Shown here in pieces: positions 18,918-28,622 of a stretch of DNA of 64,000 nt. The translations under genes were made by a program, and so were the position numbers. The notes below the pieces were generated by a model that was not told the DNA's origin, made no database searches, and saw only the letters and a list, made by a program, of their open reading frames with translations. Each line of letters opens with the position of its first letter. Position 1 is the first letter of the stretch. Origin of the DNA: Lachnospiraceae bacterium (GTDB lineage Bacteria > Bacillota > Clostridia > Lachnospirales > Lachnospiraceae); contig CAAGSD010000064.1 of NCBI GenBank assembly GCA_900772845.1, positions 969 through 64,968 on the forward strand, in the 5' to 3' direction.

Positions 18918-19453
18918 TATTTCATCTCCCGATAACGATTCTGCTTAAAGTTCAGAAATTCAAGATCTTTCTCCTTGTAAACAAACAAAAACAAAATAAA
19001 AAGACCGATAGTAGCCACTACCACATAAATATCCGCCACATTAAAGATTGGATAGTTGATCAGTACAAAGGAGATAAAATCCACCACATAATCCAGTCGG
19101 AATCTGTCGATCATATTGCCGATGCCTCCGGCAATGATCACTGCCAGCAGCACATGAACGATCCGGAATTTCTTCTGTTCCGGAAGTTTAAACAAAAAGA
19201 ACAACAGTACCGCCAGAAATACGATTCCCACAAACAGAATAAATACTTTCTGATTTTGCAGCATACCAAATGCTGATCCCCGGTTCTCCAGATATTGTAA
19301 TTCCAGCACACCGTCAATGATCACATAGGCTGGCTGGTTCTTCAGATGCACCACTGCCAGATGCTTGGTAAACTGATCCAGTACCAGAAGCACGATAGCA
19401 ATCAAGACATCTATCATCAACATAACAACACGACTACTCTTCTTTTCCTTATT
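18917..19453 (-). CDS. lspA: lipoprotein signal peptidase II
   Basis: conserved LspA motifs (NRGSAFG, GNMIDR); start ATG 19453 abutting aroB stop (ORF extends to 19543). Confidence 0.85.
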   Translation of the reverse strand, partial: NKEKKSSRVVMLMIDVLIAIVLLVLDQFTKHLAVVHLKNQPAYVIIDGVLELQYLENRGSAFGMLQNQKVFILFVGIVFLAVLLFFLFKLPEQKKFRIVHVLLAVIIAGGIGNMIDRFRLDYVVDFISFVLINYPIFNVADIYVVVATIGLFILFLFVYKEKDLEFLNFKQNRYREMK

Positions 19454-20567
19454 CATGAGCATCCTCTTCACTAAAATTGATTTCTTCGACGGCAGCCAGA
19501 ATCTCTTCATCCGTAACGGTTCTGTCGATAACTGCTTTTCCAATCTTTTTTAACAGAATGAACTTGATCGTTCCCGCCTCCATCTTTTTATCTGACTTCG
19601 TAAGCTTCAGAATCTCCTGTGGATCAATATCGTCCACGGAAATCGGCAGATAAAAGGGTACAAACATATCGCGGATCTCGTAGAATTCTTCCATGCTCAG
19701 CATTTCCTTTTTCCAGGAAATATAAGCTGCAGCCACGGTACCAAGTGCCACACATTCGCCGTGATACAGCTCAAAATTCTTATATTTCTCGATGGCATGG
19801 CCGATGGTATGCCCCAGATTTAAGAGTGCTCTGTCTCCCTGCTCGGTAGGATCCTTTTCCACCACCATTTTCTTGATGGAGCAGGTACGGATCACCATTT
19901 CTTCCAGGGTATTCAGATCCCGCTCACAGATCTCATACATATTCTCGATCAGCCACTCATAGAAGGGGGCATCCTTGATCAATGCAGATTTCATTACTTC
20001 CGCAAATCCAGAATAGAACTGTCTCTCTTCCAGTGTCTTTAATACGGACAGATTCATATACACCAGCCTGGGCATTTTAAATGCACCCACCATATTTTTA
20101 TAACTGTCAAAATCAACACCTGTCTTACCACCGATAGAGCTGTCTGCCTGCGCCAGCAATGTGGTAGGGATCTGTACGAAGTCAATACCTCTTAAATAGG
20201 TAGCCGCCACAAATCCGGTCAGATCTCCACAGACGCCTCCGCCCAATGCCAGCAGCATGTCCTTTCTGTCAAAGCCTTCTTCGATCAGAAAACGGTACAC
20301 ATCTTTCACGGTATCCAGATTCTTGTGTTCTTCTCCGGCAGGGAACACATATTTCACAGCCTTACGGCATTTTCCCTCCAGGAGCTTAAGAATCTGTGAC
20401 GCATACAGACCGTCTACGGTGGAATCCGTCACAATGCATAATCTCTTATCTGCCGCACCAAGCTCAGCCAGTTCTTCCCACAGGCCATCAAAGGACTGCT
20501 GGAATACAATATCATAGCATGGCTTTTTGTTATAAAGCACCGGTAATCTTTGTGCCATGTTCTTCAC
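19449..20567 (-). CDS. aroB: 3-dehydroquinate synthase
   Basis: GGGVCGDLTGF nucleotide-binding motif and metal-binding His/Glu region. Confidence 0.9.
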   Translation of the reverse strand: MKNMAQRLPVLYNKKPCYDIVFQQSFDGLWEELAELGAADKRLCIVTDSTVDGLYASQILKLLEGKCRKAVKYVFPAGEEHKNLDTVKDVYRFLIEEGFDRKDMLLALGGGVCGDLTGFVAATYLRGIDFVQIPTTLLAQADSSIGGKTGVDFDSYKNMVGAFKMPRLVYMNLSVLKTLEERQFYSGFAEVMKSALIKDAPFYEWLIENMYEICERDLNTLEEMVIRTCSIKKMVVEKDPTEQGDRALLNLGHTIGHAIEKYKNFELYHGECVALGTVAAAYISWKKEMLSMEEFYEIRDMFVPFYLPISVDDIDPQEILKLTKSDKKMEAGTIKFILLKKIGKAVIDRTVTDEEILAAVEEINFSEEDAHE

Positions 20568-20611
20568 CCTTCAGTTCGCAGTGAACTGTTCTTTCTGTAT
20601 AATTTATAGCT

Positions 20612-20650
20612 GTTTTTAAAAAACTTCCTGCGGTCACCCACAGGAAGTTA
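20612..20650 (-). terminator. rho-independent terminator after sepF (AACTTCCTG/CAGGAAGTT, then UUUUUUAAAAA on minus strand)
   Basis: perfect 9-bp stem 20622-20630/20641-20649. Confidence 0.7.
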
Positions 20651-20664
20651 TCTTCTTATGACTT

Positions 20665-21201
20665 TTATGACATTCCGTTGTTAATCGGCATCTCAAAGGA
20701 TCCTGCACCGCCGAAAATATCCTGAAAATCACCGGAGATATCTACACTGGCTGGTGTGATAATGAAAATATAATGTGATATTTTCTGTAAATTACCTGAA
20801 ATTGCAAAGCAGGAACCAGATGTAAAATCAATGATTCTCTGTGCAATATCTACATCCAGGCCTTCCAGGTTCAGGACAACGGTCCGGTTCGCCAGCAATG
20901 TCTCTGTGATCTCTCTGGCATCTTCCACGGAAGTCGGTTTGATCACGCAGACCTCCATACCTGTGCCCGGCATCTTTTTCGTTACAGAACGATGAATCGG
21001 AGTTACTTTAGGCTGTGTAGAACGTTTACTCTTTTCTTCCAGATCATCGTCATCCGCAGTCTGCTGTCTGCTCTTGGCAGGGCTGAATTTCTTCACAGGT
21101 TCTACTTCTTCCTCATCATCCAGATAATCATCATCATAGAAACCTTCATCCTCTTCATCATTCAGTTTCATATAATTCAGAAATTTATCCATTACACCCA
21201 T
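20665..21201 (-). CDS. sepF: cell division protein SepF
   Basis: acidic linker then conserved SepF C-terminal domain (VCVIKPTSVEDAREI...VLNL). Confidence 0.9.
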   Translation of the reverse strand: MGVMDKFLNYMKLNDEEDEGFYDDDYLDDEEEVEPVKKFSPAKSRQQTADDDDLEEKSKRSTQPKVTPIHRSVTKKMPGTGMEVCVIKPTSVEDAREITETLLANRTVVLNLEGLDVDIAQRIIDFTSGSCFAISGNLQKISHYIFIITPASVDISGDFQDIFGGAGSFEMPINNGMS

Positions 21202-21226
21202 GTTGCGTGTCTCCTTTTATATCATT

Positions 21227-21961
21227 CTATATGGTCTTACTATAATCCCTTTCACCGAAAATGCCGGTTCCTACCCGGACAATGGTGGAACCCTCTTCCG
21301 TTGCCACCGTATAATCGCCTGTCATTCCCATGGAAAGAATACTCATAGAAACATTATCAATGTTTTTATTTCCGATGTCAACAGCTAATTGCCGGAGTTT
21401 CTGAAAATATGTTCTGTTTTCTTCTGCATTTTCTACAAAAGGAGCAATCGTCATCAGGCCTTTGATATGAATTGCAGGTAATAATGCAATGCTCCGGACA
21501 AGTTCCGTCGTTTCCTCTACCGTTGTGCCGAATTTACTCTCTTCCTGCGCCACATTTACCTCAATCAGGATATTTACTTCTGTCTGCTTTTTGACAGCTT
21601 CTCTGCTGATCTCTTCCGCCAGACGGAGACTGTCTACGCTATGGATCAGATATACCTTGTCTACAATGTATTTTACCTTGTTGCGCTGCAAATGTCCGAT
21701 CATATGCCAGCGGATATCTGACGGCAGCTGTGGTATTTTATCTACCAGTTCCTGTACCTTATTCTCACCAAAATCTCTGGCACCTGCCTGGTAGACATCC
21801 AAAAGCATGTCCACAGGCTTGGTCTTACTGACTGCTAAAAGAGTTACATCCTGCTCGTTTCTTCCCGCTGTTTCACAGGCCTTTCGGATGTTTTCTTTTA
21901 CTCTTCTGTAATTTTCTCCCAGTCGTTCGCTCTGTTTCATTTCTTCCATGGGACTTTCCAT
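21227..21961 (-). CDS. yggS: YggS/YlmE-family pyridoxal-phosphate homeostasis protein
   Basis: LLAVSKTKP PLP-lysine motif, alanine-racemase N-terminal-like fold; upstream of sepF as in dcw clusters. Confidence 0.9.
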   Translation of the reverse strand: MESPMEEMKQSERLGENYRRVKENIRKACETAGRNEQDVTLLAVSKTKPVDMLLDVYQAGARDFGENKVQELVDKIPQLPSDIRWHMIGHLQRNKVKYIVDKVYLIHSVDSLRLAEEISREAVKKQTEVNILIEVNVAQEESKFGTTVEETTELVRSIALLPAIHIKGLMTIAPFVENAEENRTYFQKLRQLAVDIGNKNIDNVSMSILSMGMTGDYTVATEEGSTIVRVGTGIFGERDYSKTI

Positions 21962-21979
21962 CCTTTCCTGTCGATCTTT

Positions 21980-23569
21980 TTATGCCTCCGGAACTGTGCT
22001 GCTTTCCGGTTCCGCACTGCCCGTTACAGTCTCTTCCGGCTGTGTCCCGCCTGTTTCTTCGGTAGTCTGTGTGGGCGCTTCCTCCGGATTCTCATCATCG
22101 CCTGTCTGTTCTGTTGTCTCCGGAGTTCCAGTGGCTGCGGTATCCGTCTTATTGATATCTGTTTTCTTAATATTGGTAATAATCTGGTCATCAGACACAG
22201 CAGCCCCATCCAGGACAATGTAATCATATACATTAAGTCCATAGGTCGTATTGGCTTTTACAATAGCATATTCATCGTTCTGGTATAAAATATTGATCTG
22301 TTTGAAATCCGCATATCCTTTGTTGACGTTATACACGCCGATCAGCGTTGCACGCTTGCTAACCGTATACGTCTCCTGACTGTCTGTTTTATACAGAATA
22401 TCTCCTGTTTTCAACACAGATGTGTCCATATAATAGACGCCTTCTGTCTCATCATAGCTATAGGCACCCGTTTCCACAAACTCACTGGAGATATCTCCGT
22501 TATCAAGGTAGCATTGTCTGAGCACTCCCTGGGTTCCTGTGTTCTCATTCGTCGTAACGAAATCTTCGTCTATCAGGAAAAATTCCTTCTCCACAATAGA
22601 GGAATTCGGGATCTTCAGTCCGGTTTCATCGTTCAGGATCAGCTCAATATCCAGAAACCGGTCAGATACAAAGGTAACCATGGAATTCGTAAATGTCAGG
22701 GACAGAAAAGTATTGCCATCGCTGCCCGTAAAAAGCTGCGCCTTTCCCCAGGATTCATACTGATTCTTCAGAAAACGTACTTTCACATAATCTTCCTGCT
22801 GGATCTCGGCTCCCCTCTCTGCATCTATAGGAATGACCACCGACCAGTTTTCATCGGTAGACAGCTTGTATACCGGATCGCCTACCGCCATCAGTTCATT
22901 TCCCAGCATCTGCTTTTTTTCATAATTCTTATCGTCAAATACTTCCGCAGTTACCGCCTCTGCTGTCAGATCTTCATACCCGTCCGTCCAATAAGCCACA
23001 ATTCCGGTTGTCGGTGCATAACAAAAATTTACAATATTGGCAGTGGAACCATTGTTTTCGTTTTCAATACTTTGCAGCATATTTACATTAGCCAGCTTTA
23101 ATACTGTATTTTTTAAAGAATATTTGAAATCATAGGTATTTTCATAGTTTTTATCATCATACCCATGTATAAAATTCACAATTTCATTTCGAAACTCAGA
23201 GAGTTCCTGATTGCTCAGCGTATTTTCGCCAAGGTTGGCATCCTCCAGTTCTTCCGTCAGGCGCCCGGTCTCATCCACAATATATACCGTATCACCTTTA
23301 GCAACTCTCTCTCCCTCTCTGGCATAGAAATTGACATATCCGGCAGTATCCGTATTCACAACAGTCTCACTGCGTACCGCTATTCCCCTGTAAATATTAT
23401 TGGTCGCCAGAGAACCTTCTGTAACTTCATAGCGGACAATATGATCCGTCTGAAAATACATGATCACACAAATGATCACATAAATAAAAACAGCGCCAAA
23501 AATAAGCATACCAATATTGAGGTTTAAAGGTTTTCTATATTTCTTCACTTTTTTCTGTTGTTCTGCCAT
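21980..23569 (-). CDS. membrane-anchored HlyD-like (membrane-fusion-type) protein with C-terminal Thr/Glu/Pro-rich low-complexity tail
   Basis: N-terminal TM (MLIFGAVFIYVIICVIMYF), extended extracytoplasmic region with coiled-coil-like segments, 60-aa T/E/P-rich tail; start ATG 23569 with AGGAGG RBS; family call tentative. Confidence 0.45.
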   Translation of the reverse strand: MAEQQKKVKKYRKPLNLNIGMLIFGAVFIYVIICVIMYFQTDHIVRYEVTEGSLATNNIYRGIAVRSETVVNTDTAGYVNFYAREGERVAKGDTVYIVDETGRLTEELEDANLGENTLSNQELSEFRNEIVNFIHGYDDKNYENTYDFKYSLKNTVLKLANVNMLQSIENENNGSTANIVNFCYAPTTGIVAYWTDGYEDLTAEAVTAEVFDDKNYEKKQMLGNELMAVGDPVYKLSTDENWSVVIPIDAERGAEIQQEDYVKVRFLKNQYESWGKAQLFTGSDGNTFLSLTFTNSMVTFVSDRFLDIELILNDETGLKIPNSSIVEKEFFLIDEDFVTTNENTGTQGVLRQCYLDNGDISSEFVETGAYSYDETEGVYYMDTSVLKTGDILYKTDSQETYTVSKRATLIGVYNVNKGYADFKQINILYQNDEYAIVKANTTYGLNVYDYIVLDGAAVSDDQIITNIKKTDINKTDTAATGTPETTEQTGDDENPEEAPTQTTEETGGTQPEETVTGSAEPESSTVPEA

Positions 23570-23653
23570 TGGAAAACCTCCTTTCCTCCCGTACATTTGA
23601 GAAGCCCCGGTTGACTCCGAGGCTTCTCATAAGTAAAACTATAATACATTCTT

Positions 23654-24073
23654 TTACAAAGATACAATAATCTTATCCTTTACAGACTCCGGTAATTCGG
23701 ACTCGTCCTTTGATACACTGAGGATAAAATCAATCTGGAAGAAATCACTCATTCTGTCCAGCTTTTCAATAACTGCAGAAATATCTTTATCTTCCAAAGC
23801 TGCGATTTTCAAAAAGCTGTCAAAATACATCTGCTCCAGATCATGATCCTGAGAAATGATGCCGCATACAAATCCCAAAAACTCGCTTTCATTCTCGATC
23901 ATGTAGCGGGAAACGTCAATAAGACGCACCTTATTGTTCAGTTCATACATGTGTTTCGTGCTTTTATCCAGATATACGATACTGCCCGAAATTTCCTTTA
24001 CCTCGCTGTTTACTTTGTCCAACAACTGTTTTGTCTTGCCCTTACCCTTTTTGCCTACAATTAACTGAACCAT
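23654..24073 (-). CDS. small (139 aa) P-loop-containing protein (GKKGKGKT Walker-A-like), function unknown
   Basis: Gly-rich GxxGxGKT motif near N-terminus; AGGAGGG RBS; immediately upstream of HlyD-like gene. Confidence 0.5.
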   Translation of the reverse strand: MVQLIVGKKGKGKTKQLLDKVNSEVKEISGSIVYLDKSTKHMYELNNKVRLIDVSRYMIENESEFLGFVCGIISQDHDLEQMYFDSFLKIAALEDKDISAVIEKLDRMSDFFQIDFILSVSKDESELPESVKDKIIVSL

Positions 24074-24161
24074 TGGTGTAACCCTCCTGTCGTAAAATTT
24101 ATAGGAACTTCACGCAACCTATTTACTTTATTATAGTTGATATACCTTCAAAAAACAACAT

Positions 24162-25151
24162 CTATTTGTTGATTTGCTCCAGCAGCTGTACCATTTCCGG
24201 GTACAGCACATCACTGGCCGAAGAATTTAGGATTACTGAAATATACGGAGCTCCGTTTACATCTTTGGATAACAGGATCAGGCAGTGTCCGGCTGCATTA
24301 GTCGTTCCTGTTTTCCCTCCGATAACCGTAATATTTCCCGGAGCCTGAAAGTCTCCGCGCAAAAATCTGTTGGTACTATTCACCGTTAGTTCTTTGGCTT
24401 TTCCGTCTTTATCATAGTAGGTCGTCTGATAACTGGTCATATGTATGATTTCATTAAACGAATCATACTTGATCGCCTCATTAAAGATCAGATACAGATC
24501 ATAGGCAGAAGTAAAATGATTGTCATCCGAGAGACCATGCGGATTGGCAAAGCTGGTGTTGGTAGCCCCCAGCCTGACAGCCTCTTCATTCATCATCTCC
24601 ACAAAATGATCCACGCTGCCTCCAATATTCTCTGCGATCAGTATTGCTGCATCATTGGCAGAATACATCAGCAAAATATGCAGTGCCTGATCCAGCGTCA
24701 TGGTGTCTCCTGCTTTTAATCCGCATAACTGCGCTCCGGATTCCGTGATTTTTACACTGTCTGTTGCTGTTAATACCGTATCTAAAGATGCATTCTGCAG
24801 AGCCACCAGTGCTGTCATTACCTTAGTCAGGCTGGCAGGATACAATCTCTCGTGTGCATTTTTGGAATATAATACCTTTTTATTATTTACGTCGAATAAC
24901 ACAGCAGCAGAGGCCTGTGTCATGTCTACGCTGCCGTCTCCGGTCTCATCCTCTGTAACTACACACAGGTCAGCTGCAAAAGGCTCCGCCCTGCCTGCCC
25001 CGGTTCCCACCAGCACATTAAAGCTGCTGACGTTGGAGTTGACATCATAGGGGAATGTGTAAGCCGCATTACCGCATCCGGTCAACAATACTGCACAGAG
25101 GATCATGGACATGCAGGCGCAGATCCAACGAACACTATTTGTACATTTCAC
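24162..25151 (-). CDS. D-alanyl-D-alanine carboxypeptidase (peptidase S11, low-MW PBP), lipoprotein-type signal
   Basis: active-site SxxK (ASLTKVMT), lipobox LLTGC. Confidence 0.85.
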   Translation of the reverse strand: MKCTNSVRWICACMSMILCAVLLTGCGNAAYTFPYDVNSNVSSFNVLVGTGAGRAEPFAADLCVVTEDETGDGSVDMTQASAAVLFDVNNKKVLYSKNAHERLYPASLTKVMTALVALQNASLDTVLTATDSVKITESGAQLCGLKAGDTMTLDQALHILLMYSANDAAILIAENIGGSVDHFVEMMNEEAVRLGATNTSFANPHGLSDDNHFTSAYDLYLIFNEAIKYDSFNEIIHMTSYQTTYYDKDGKAKELTVNSTNRFLRGDFQAPGNITVIGGKTGTTNAAGHCLILLSKDVNGAPYISVILNSSASDVLYPEMVQLLEQINK

Positions 25152-25530
25152 GCCACTCTAAATCTCCTCTGTCTAAGGACTTGATCAACAGTTCTGCGCT
25201 GGCGAGATTCGTTGCCAGCGGAATATTATGCATATCACACAGGCGCATGACATTACTTACATCCGGCTCATGTGCCTTAGGTGCCAGCGGATCCCTCAAA
25301 AAAATCACCAGATCGATCTCATTGTGTTCGATCTGGGCACCGATCTGCTGTTCCCCTCCCAAATGTCCCGCAAGATACTTGTGCACATTCAGATTGGTCA
25401 CCTCTTCGATCAGTCTGCCGGTCGTTCCTGTGGCATATAATTCATTCTTGCTTAAAATTCCGCGATATGCTATGCAGAAATTCTGCATCAGTTTCTTTTT
25501 GGCATCATGTGCGATCAGTGCAATGTTCAT
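25135..25530 (-). CDS. mgsA: methylglyoxal synthase
   Basis: conserved MgsA sequence ([10 protein letters not shown]...GTTG...GGEQQIGA). Confidence 0.9.
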   Translation of the reverse strand: MNIALIAHDAKKKLMQNFCIAYRGILSKNELYATGTTGRLIEEVTNLNVHKYLAGHLGGEQQIGAQIEHNEIDLVIFLRDPLAPKAHEPDVSNVMRLCDMHNIPLATNLASAELLIKSLDRGDLEWREMYK

Positions 25531-25572
25531 ATCGTCTATACCCCTTCTCTATGATAATGTATCTTTCTTCGT

Positions 25573-26679
25573 CTAGCTTCTCTTCGCCTGCAGGCGCACG
25601 TTCAGTACAACACCCATTCCAATATACAGACTCAGCAAAGAGGTCAGGCCATAACTTACAAATGGCAGCGGAAGTCCGGTATTCGGTAAAATAAAAGTAG
25701 CGACTCCTATGTTTACAAAGCTTTGGAAAGCAATCAGTCCCCCCATTGACGCAGCTATGATCGTCCCAGCAGTGTCTTTCGCCTTTCCCGCAATGGAAAT
25801 ACATTCCATTGCTGTCAGCATCAACAGTATGATCACTACAATACTTCCCCTAAAGCCAAACTCTTCACCGATCACTGCAAATATGAAATCGGTTTCCGCT
25901 TCAGACAAAAAGTTGCCGTTCTTTACCGATGTGATCTCATTGTTTTTATAGCCTTTTCCGTCCAGTTCCCCGGAACCTATGGCCATGACAGAGTTTAACT
26001 GCTGATATGCCAGATCCGTGGAATATTCTTCCGGATTTACAAAGGCAAGAATACGGTTTTTCTGATAGGTTTCCAAAATGGTACTGTCCGGCTGCATCGC
26101 CAGGGATACCAGTATCACTACTGCCGGAACAGCCACCGCCAGTGCGCCGAAGATCAGTTTGTAGCTGATGCCGCCGGCATACAGGATCACACAGAAAATA
26201 AAGATCAATACCAGGCTGGTAGACAGTGCCGGCTGTTCCTTGACCATGATCCATGGAATTCCCATCAGTACCGCAATTGATGCGATCACTGGGAAAGTGT
26301 TCAACTTCTCCTTATATTTCATAATAAACTGTGCAAAGAATAAAATCAATAAAATTTTTGCAAGTTCGGAAGGTTGAAATTGCAATCCGCCGATCTTCAG
26401 CCATCGCTGTGCACCGTTACCTTCTTCTCCCATCAGAATAACCAGACCCAGAAGTACCAGATTTCCTATGTACATCAGCCAGTAAAGCTTCAGGATTACG
26501 GAATAATTAAAAAAAGACAACGTGATCATGATCACGACACCGGCGGCCACCCCCGCCATCTGTCTGGTCTGCTGAGCAGGCTCCGCACTGCCGATGGTTA
26601 TGATGCCGATGGCTGACAGTGCCAGTATCAATATGATCAGTTTAAAGTCATAATCCCGCAATCTATAATTCTTAAACAT
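25573..26679 (-). CDS. rodA: rod shape-determining protein RodA (SEDS family peptidoglycan glycosyltransferase)
   Basis: 10-TM SEDS-family profile, located after minE as in Clostridia. Confidence 0.85.
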   Translation of the reverse strand: MFKNYRLRDYDFKLIILILALSAIGIITIGSAEPAQQTRQMAGVAAGVVIMITLSFFNYSVILKLYWLMYIGNLVLLGLVILMGEEGNGAQRWLKIGGLQFQPSELAKILLILFFAQFIMKYKEKLNTFPVIASIAVLMGIPWIMVKEQPALSTSLVLIFIFCVILYAGGISYKLIFGALAVAVPAVVILVSLAMQPDSTILETYQKNRILAFVNPEEYSTDLAYQQLNSVMAIGSGELDGKGYKNNEITSVKNGNFLSEAETDFIFAVIGEEFGFRGSIVVIILLMLTAMECISIAGKAKDTAGTIIAASMGGLIAFQSFVNIGVATFILPNTGLPLPFVSYGLTSLLSLYIGMGVVLNVRLQAKRS

Positions 26680-26700
26680 TCGTTTGGCCTTTCTGTTTCC

Positions 26701-26982
26701 TTACGGCATTTTTGCAGTCTTCTGCAAATCAATAATAGGAATATTGGCAATGAGGCTGGGACTTTTACTCCGGCTGCCTTTATTTCCTTTTGCCTGTATC
26801 TCGATTTCCATATGATCGGTATCGATCCGCATATATTTTGAGATCACTTTGGTAATATCCGCCTTGATCAGTTCCATCATCTCCGGAGAACAATTCACCC
26901 GGTCCGATATCAGCAAAATCTTCAGGCGGTCTTTTGCCACCTGGCAGGAACTTTTCCTGCAAAAAAAATGTTTCATATTCAT
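26701..26982 (-). CDS. minE: cell division topological specificity factor MinE
   Basis: AKDRLKILLISDR N-terminal MinE motif. Confidence 0.85.
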   Translation of the reverse strand: MNMKHFFCRKSSCQVAKDRLKILLISDRVNCSPEMMELIKADITKVISKYMRIDTDHMEIEIQAKGNKGSRSKSPSLIANIPIIDLQKTAKMP

Positions 26983-26994
26983 CCCGTCCCCTTC

Positions 26995-27816
26995 CTATGC
27001 TTTCCGAAAAATACCGGTTACTTTTGTCCAAAAAGAGACTCCCTTTTCGAAATCCAGGAACGGAATTTCTTTTCCCAACAGGCGGTCCACAACATTCCGG
27101 TATGCCTTGCCGGCCGGTGTATCACTTCCGACTAACGGTTCCCCCTGATTGGTGGCGATCACCACATTTTCATCATCCGGGACAATTCCGATCAGCGGCA
27201 CTGCCAGAATATCCACCACATCATCCGCAGACATCATATCTCCACGCTTTACCATGTCCATACGCAGTCTGTTGATGATCAGATCCATCTGTTTGAAGCC
27301 ATTTGCCTCCAACAGGCCGATAATACGGTCTGCATCCCGTATAGCCGAGACTTCCGGTGTAGTTACCACTAGTGCCCTGTCAGCTCCTGCAATGGCATTC
27401 TGAAATCCCTGTTCAATTCCCGCCGGGCAGTCCAGAATGATGTAGTCGAACTGTTCTCTGAGATGATCGATCACCTTTACCATCTGACCCGGTGTCACTG
27501 CTGATTTATCTCTGGTCTGAGCAGAAGGCATCAGATAAAGCCCCGGATGTCTCTTATCACGGATCAGAGCCTGTTTGATGCGGCAATTCCCTTCTACTAC
27601 ATCTACCAGATTATATACAATACGGTTTTCAAGCCCCATAACCACATCCAGATTACGCAGGCCGATATCCGTATCGATCAGACAGACTTTGCAGCCCGCC
27701 TTTGCAAGACCTGTTCCGACATTTGCCGATGTAGTGGTCTTCCCTACACCGCCTTTTCCTGAAGTGACGACAATGACTTCGGAGCTTTTCTTCTCCGTAG
27801 AAACATTTTGTTCCAT
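26995..27816 (-). CDS. minD: septum site-determining ATPase MinD
   Basis: deviant Walker A SGKGGVGKTT. Confidence 0.95.
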   Translation of the reverse strand: MEQNVSTEKKSSEVIVVTSGKGGVGKTTTSANVGTGLAKAGCKVCLIDTDIGLRNLDVVMGLENRIVYNLVDVVEGNCRIKQALIRDKRHPGLYLMPSAQTRDKSAVTPGQMVKVIDHLREQFDYIILDCPAGIEQGFQNAIAGADRALVVTTPEVSAIRDADRIIGLLEANGFKQMDLIINRLRMDMVKRGDMMSADDVVDILAVPLIGIVPDDENVVIATNQGEPLVGSDTPAGKAYRNVVDRLLGKEIPFLDFEKGVSFWTKVTGIFRKA

Positions 27817-27858
27817 TTTGGACTCCTCCTGTTTATTTTTGTCGTCCCCTGGATGCTT

Positions 27859-28530
27859 TTAAAAAGTACCCAGTAATTCTTTTGTAAGGGGATCAAATAC
27901 GATCTTCCCGTTCTTCAGGTGTGCAATTTTCGGTTGTACTTTGGGGCGTATCCCCCATTTCGACTGTTTCGCATTGGTTTTATATTTGAAATCGCCGATC
28001 TTAATTCTTTCCGGCTCCATTTCAAGCGCTACAATATAGCAATCTTCGATACCGGATCCACCCGCATAGGCTTCTCCGTACAGTCCTCCCAGAATAATTA
28101 TGTTGCCTGCGGAGATCACTGCGCTGCCCGGGTATACATCTCCCAGTACCACAATGCTGTTTTCCGTCTCGATGACTTCCCGGTTCTTCAGGCTTCCCTT
28201 ATAAAACTGTCCTTCATCTCCTCCGGTCAGTTTCTTCTCCATATGCTGCAATGCCTTAATGTAATTTTTGTTGGTTTCTTCATCCCTTCCCACGATACAT
28301 ACAATTCTGACATTGCTGTTCTGGCGGATCGTATCCAGAATCCGGATTTCTTCGGTTTCCGTTACTTTTCTTCCCTCCATGGAAAGTGCCATGCTTGATG
28401 TTCCGAAAAAGTTTCTGGCCTCAGAGAACTTCATTGCCAGTTCTCTGAGAATTTCCTCCATTTCCGCATCCTCACGCATCACAAGATTGATTCCGTTAGG
28501 AAAGCTTTTGATCAATACTGCATCCTTCAT
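27859..28530 (-). CDS. minC: septum site-determining protein MinC
   Basis: MinC N- and C-terminal (beta-helix) domains, position upstream of minD. Confidence 0.85.
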   Translation of the reverse strand: MKDAVLIKSFPNGINLVMREDAEMEEILRELAMKFSEARNFFGTSSMALSMEGRKVTETEEIRILDTIRQNSNVRIVCIVGRDEETNKNYIKALQHMEKKLTGGDEGQFYKGSLKNREVIETENSIVVLGDVYPGSAVISAGNIIILGGLYGEAYAGGSGIEDCYIVALEMEPERIKIGDFKYKTNAKQSKWGIRPKVQPKIAHLKNGKIVFDPLTKELLGTF

Positions 28531-28622
28531 TATTTTTACCTGTCTTTTTACTTTTTTATAGATTCACTTCCGAATCCCGGCCATCGACGTTCATCCGCCT
28601 GTATTTATCTGACTCCGGATCG

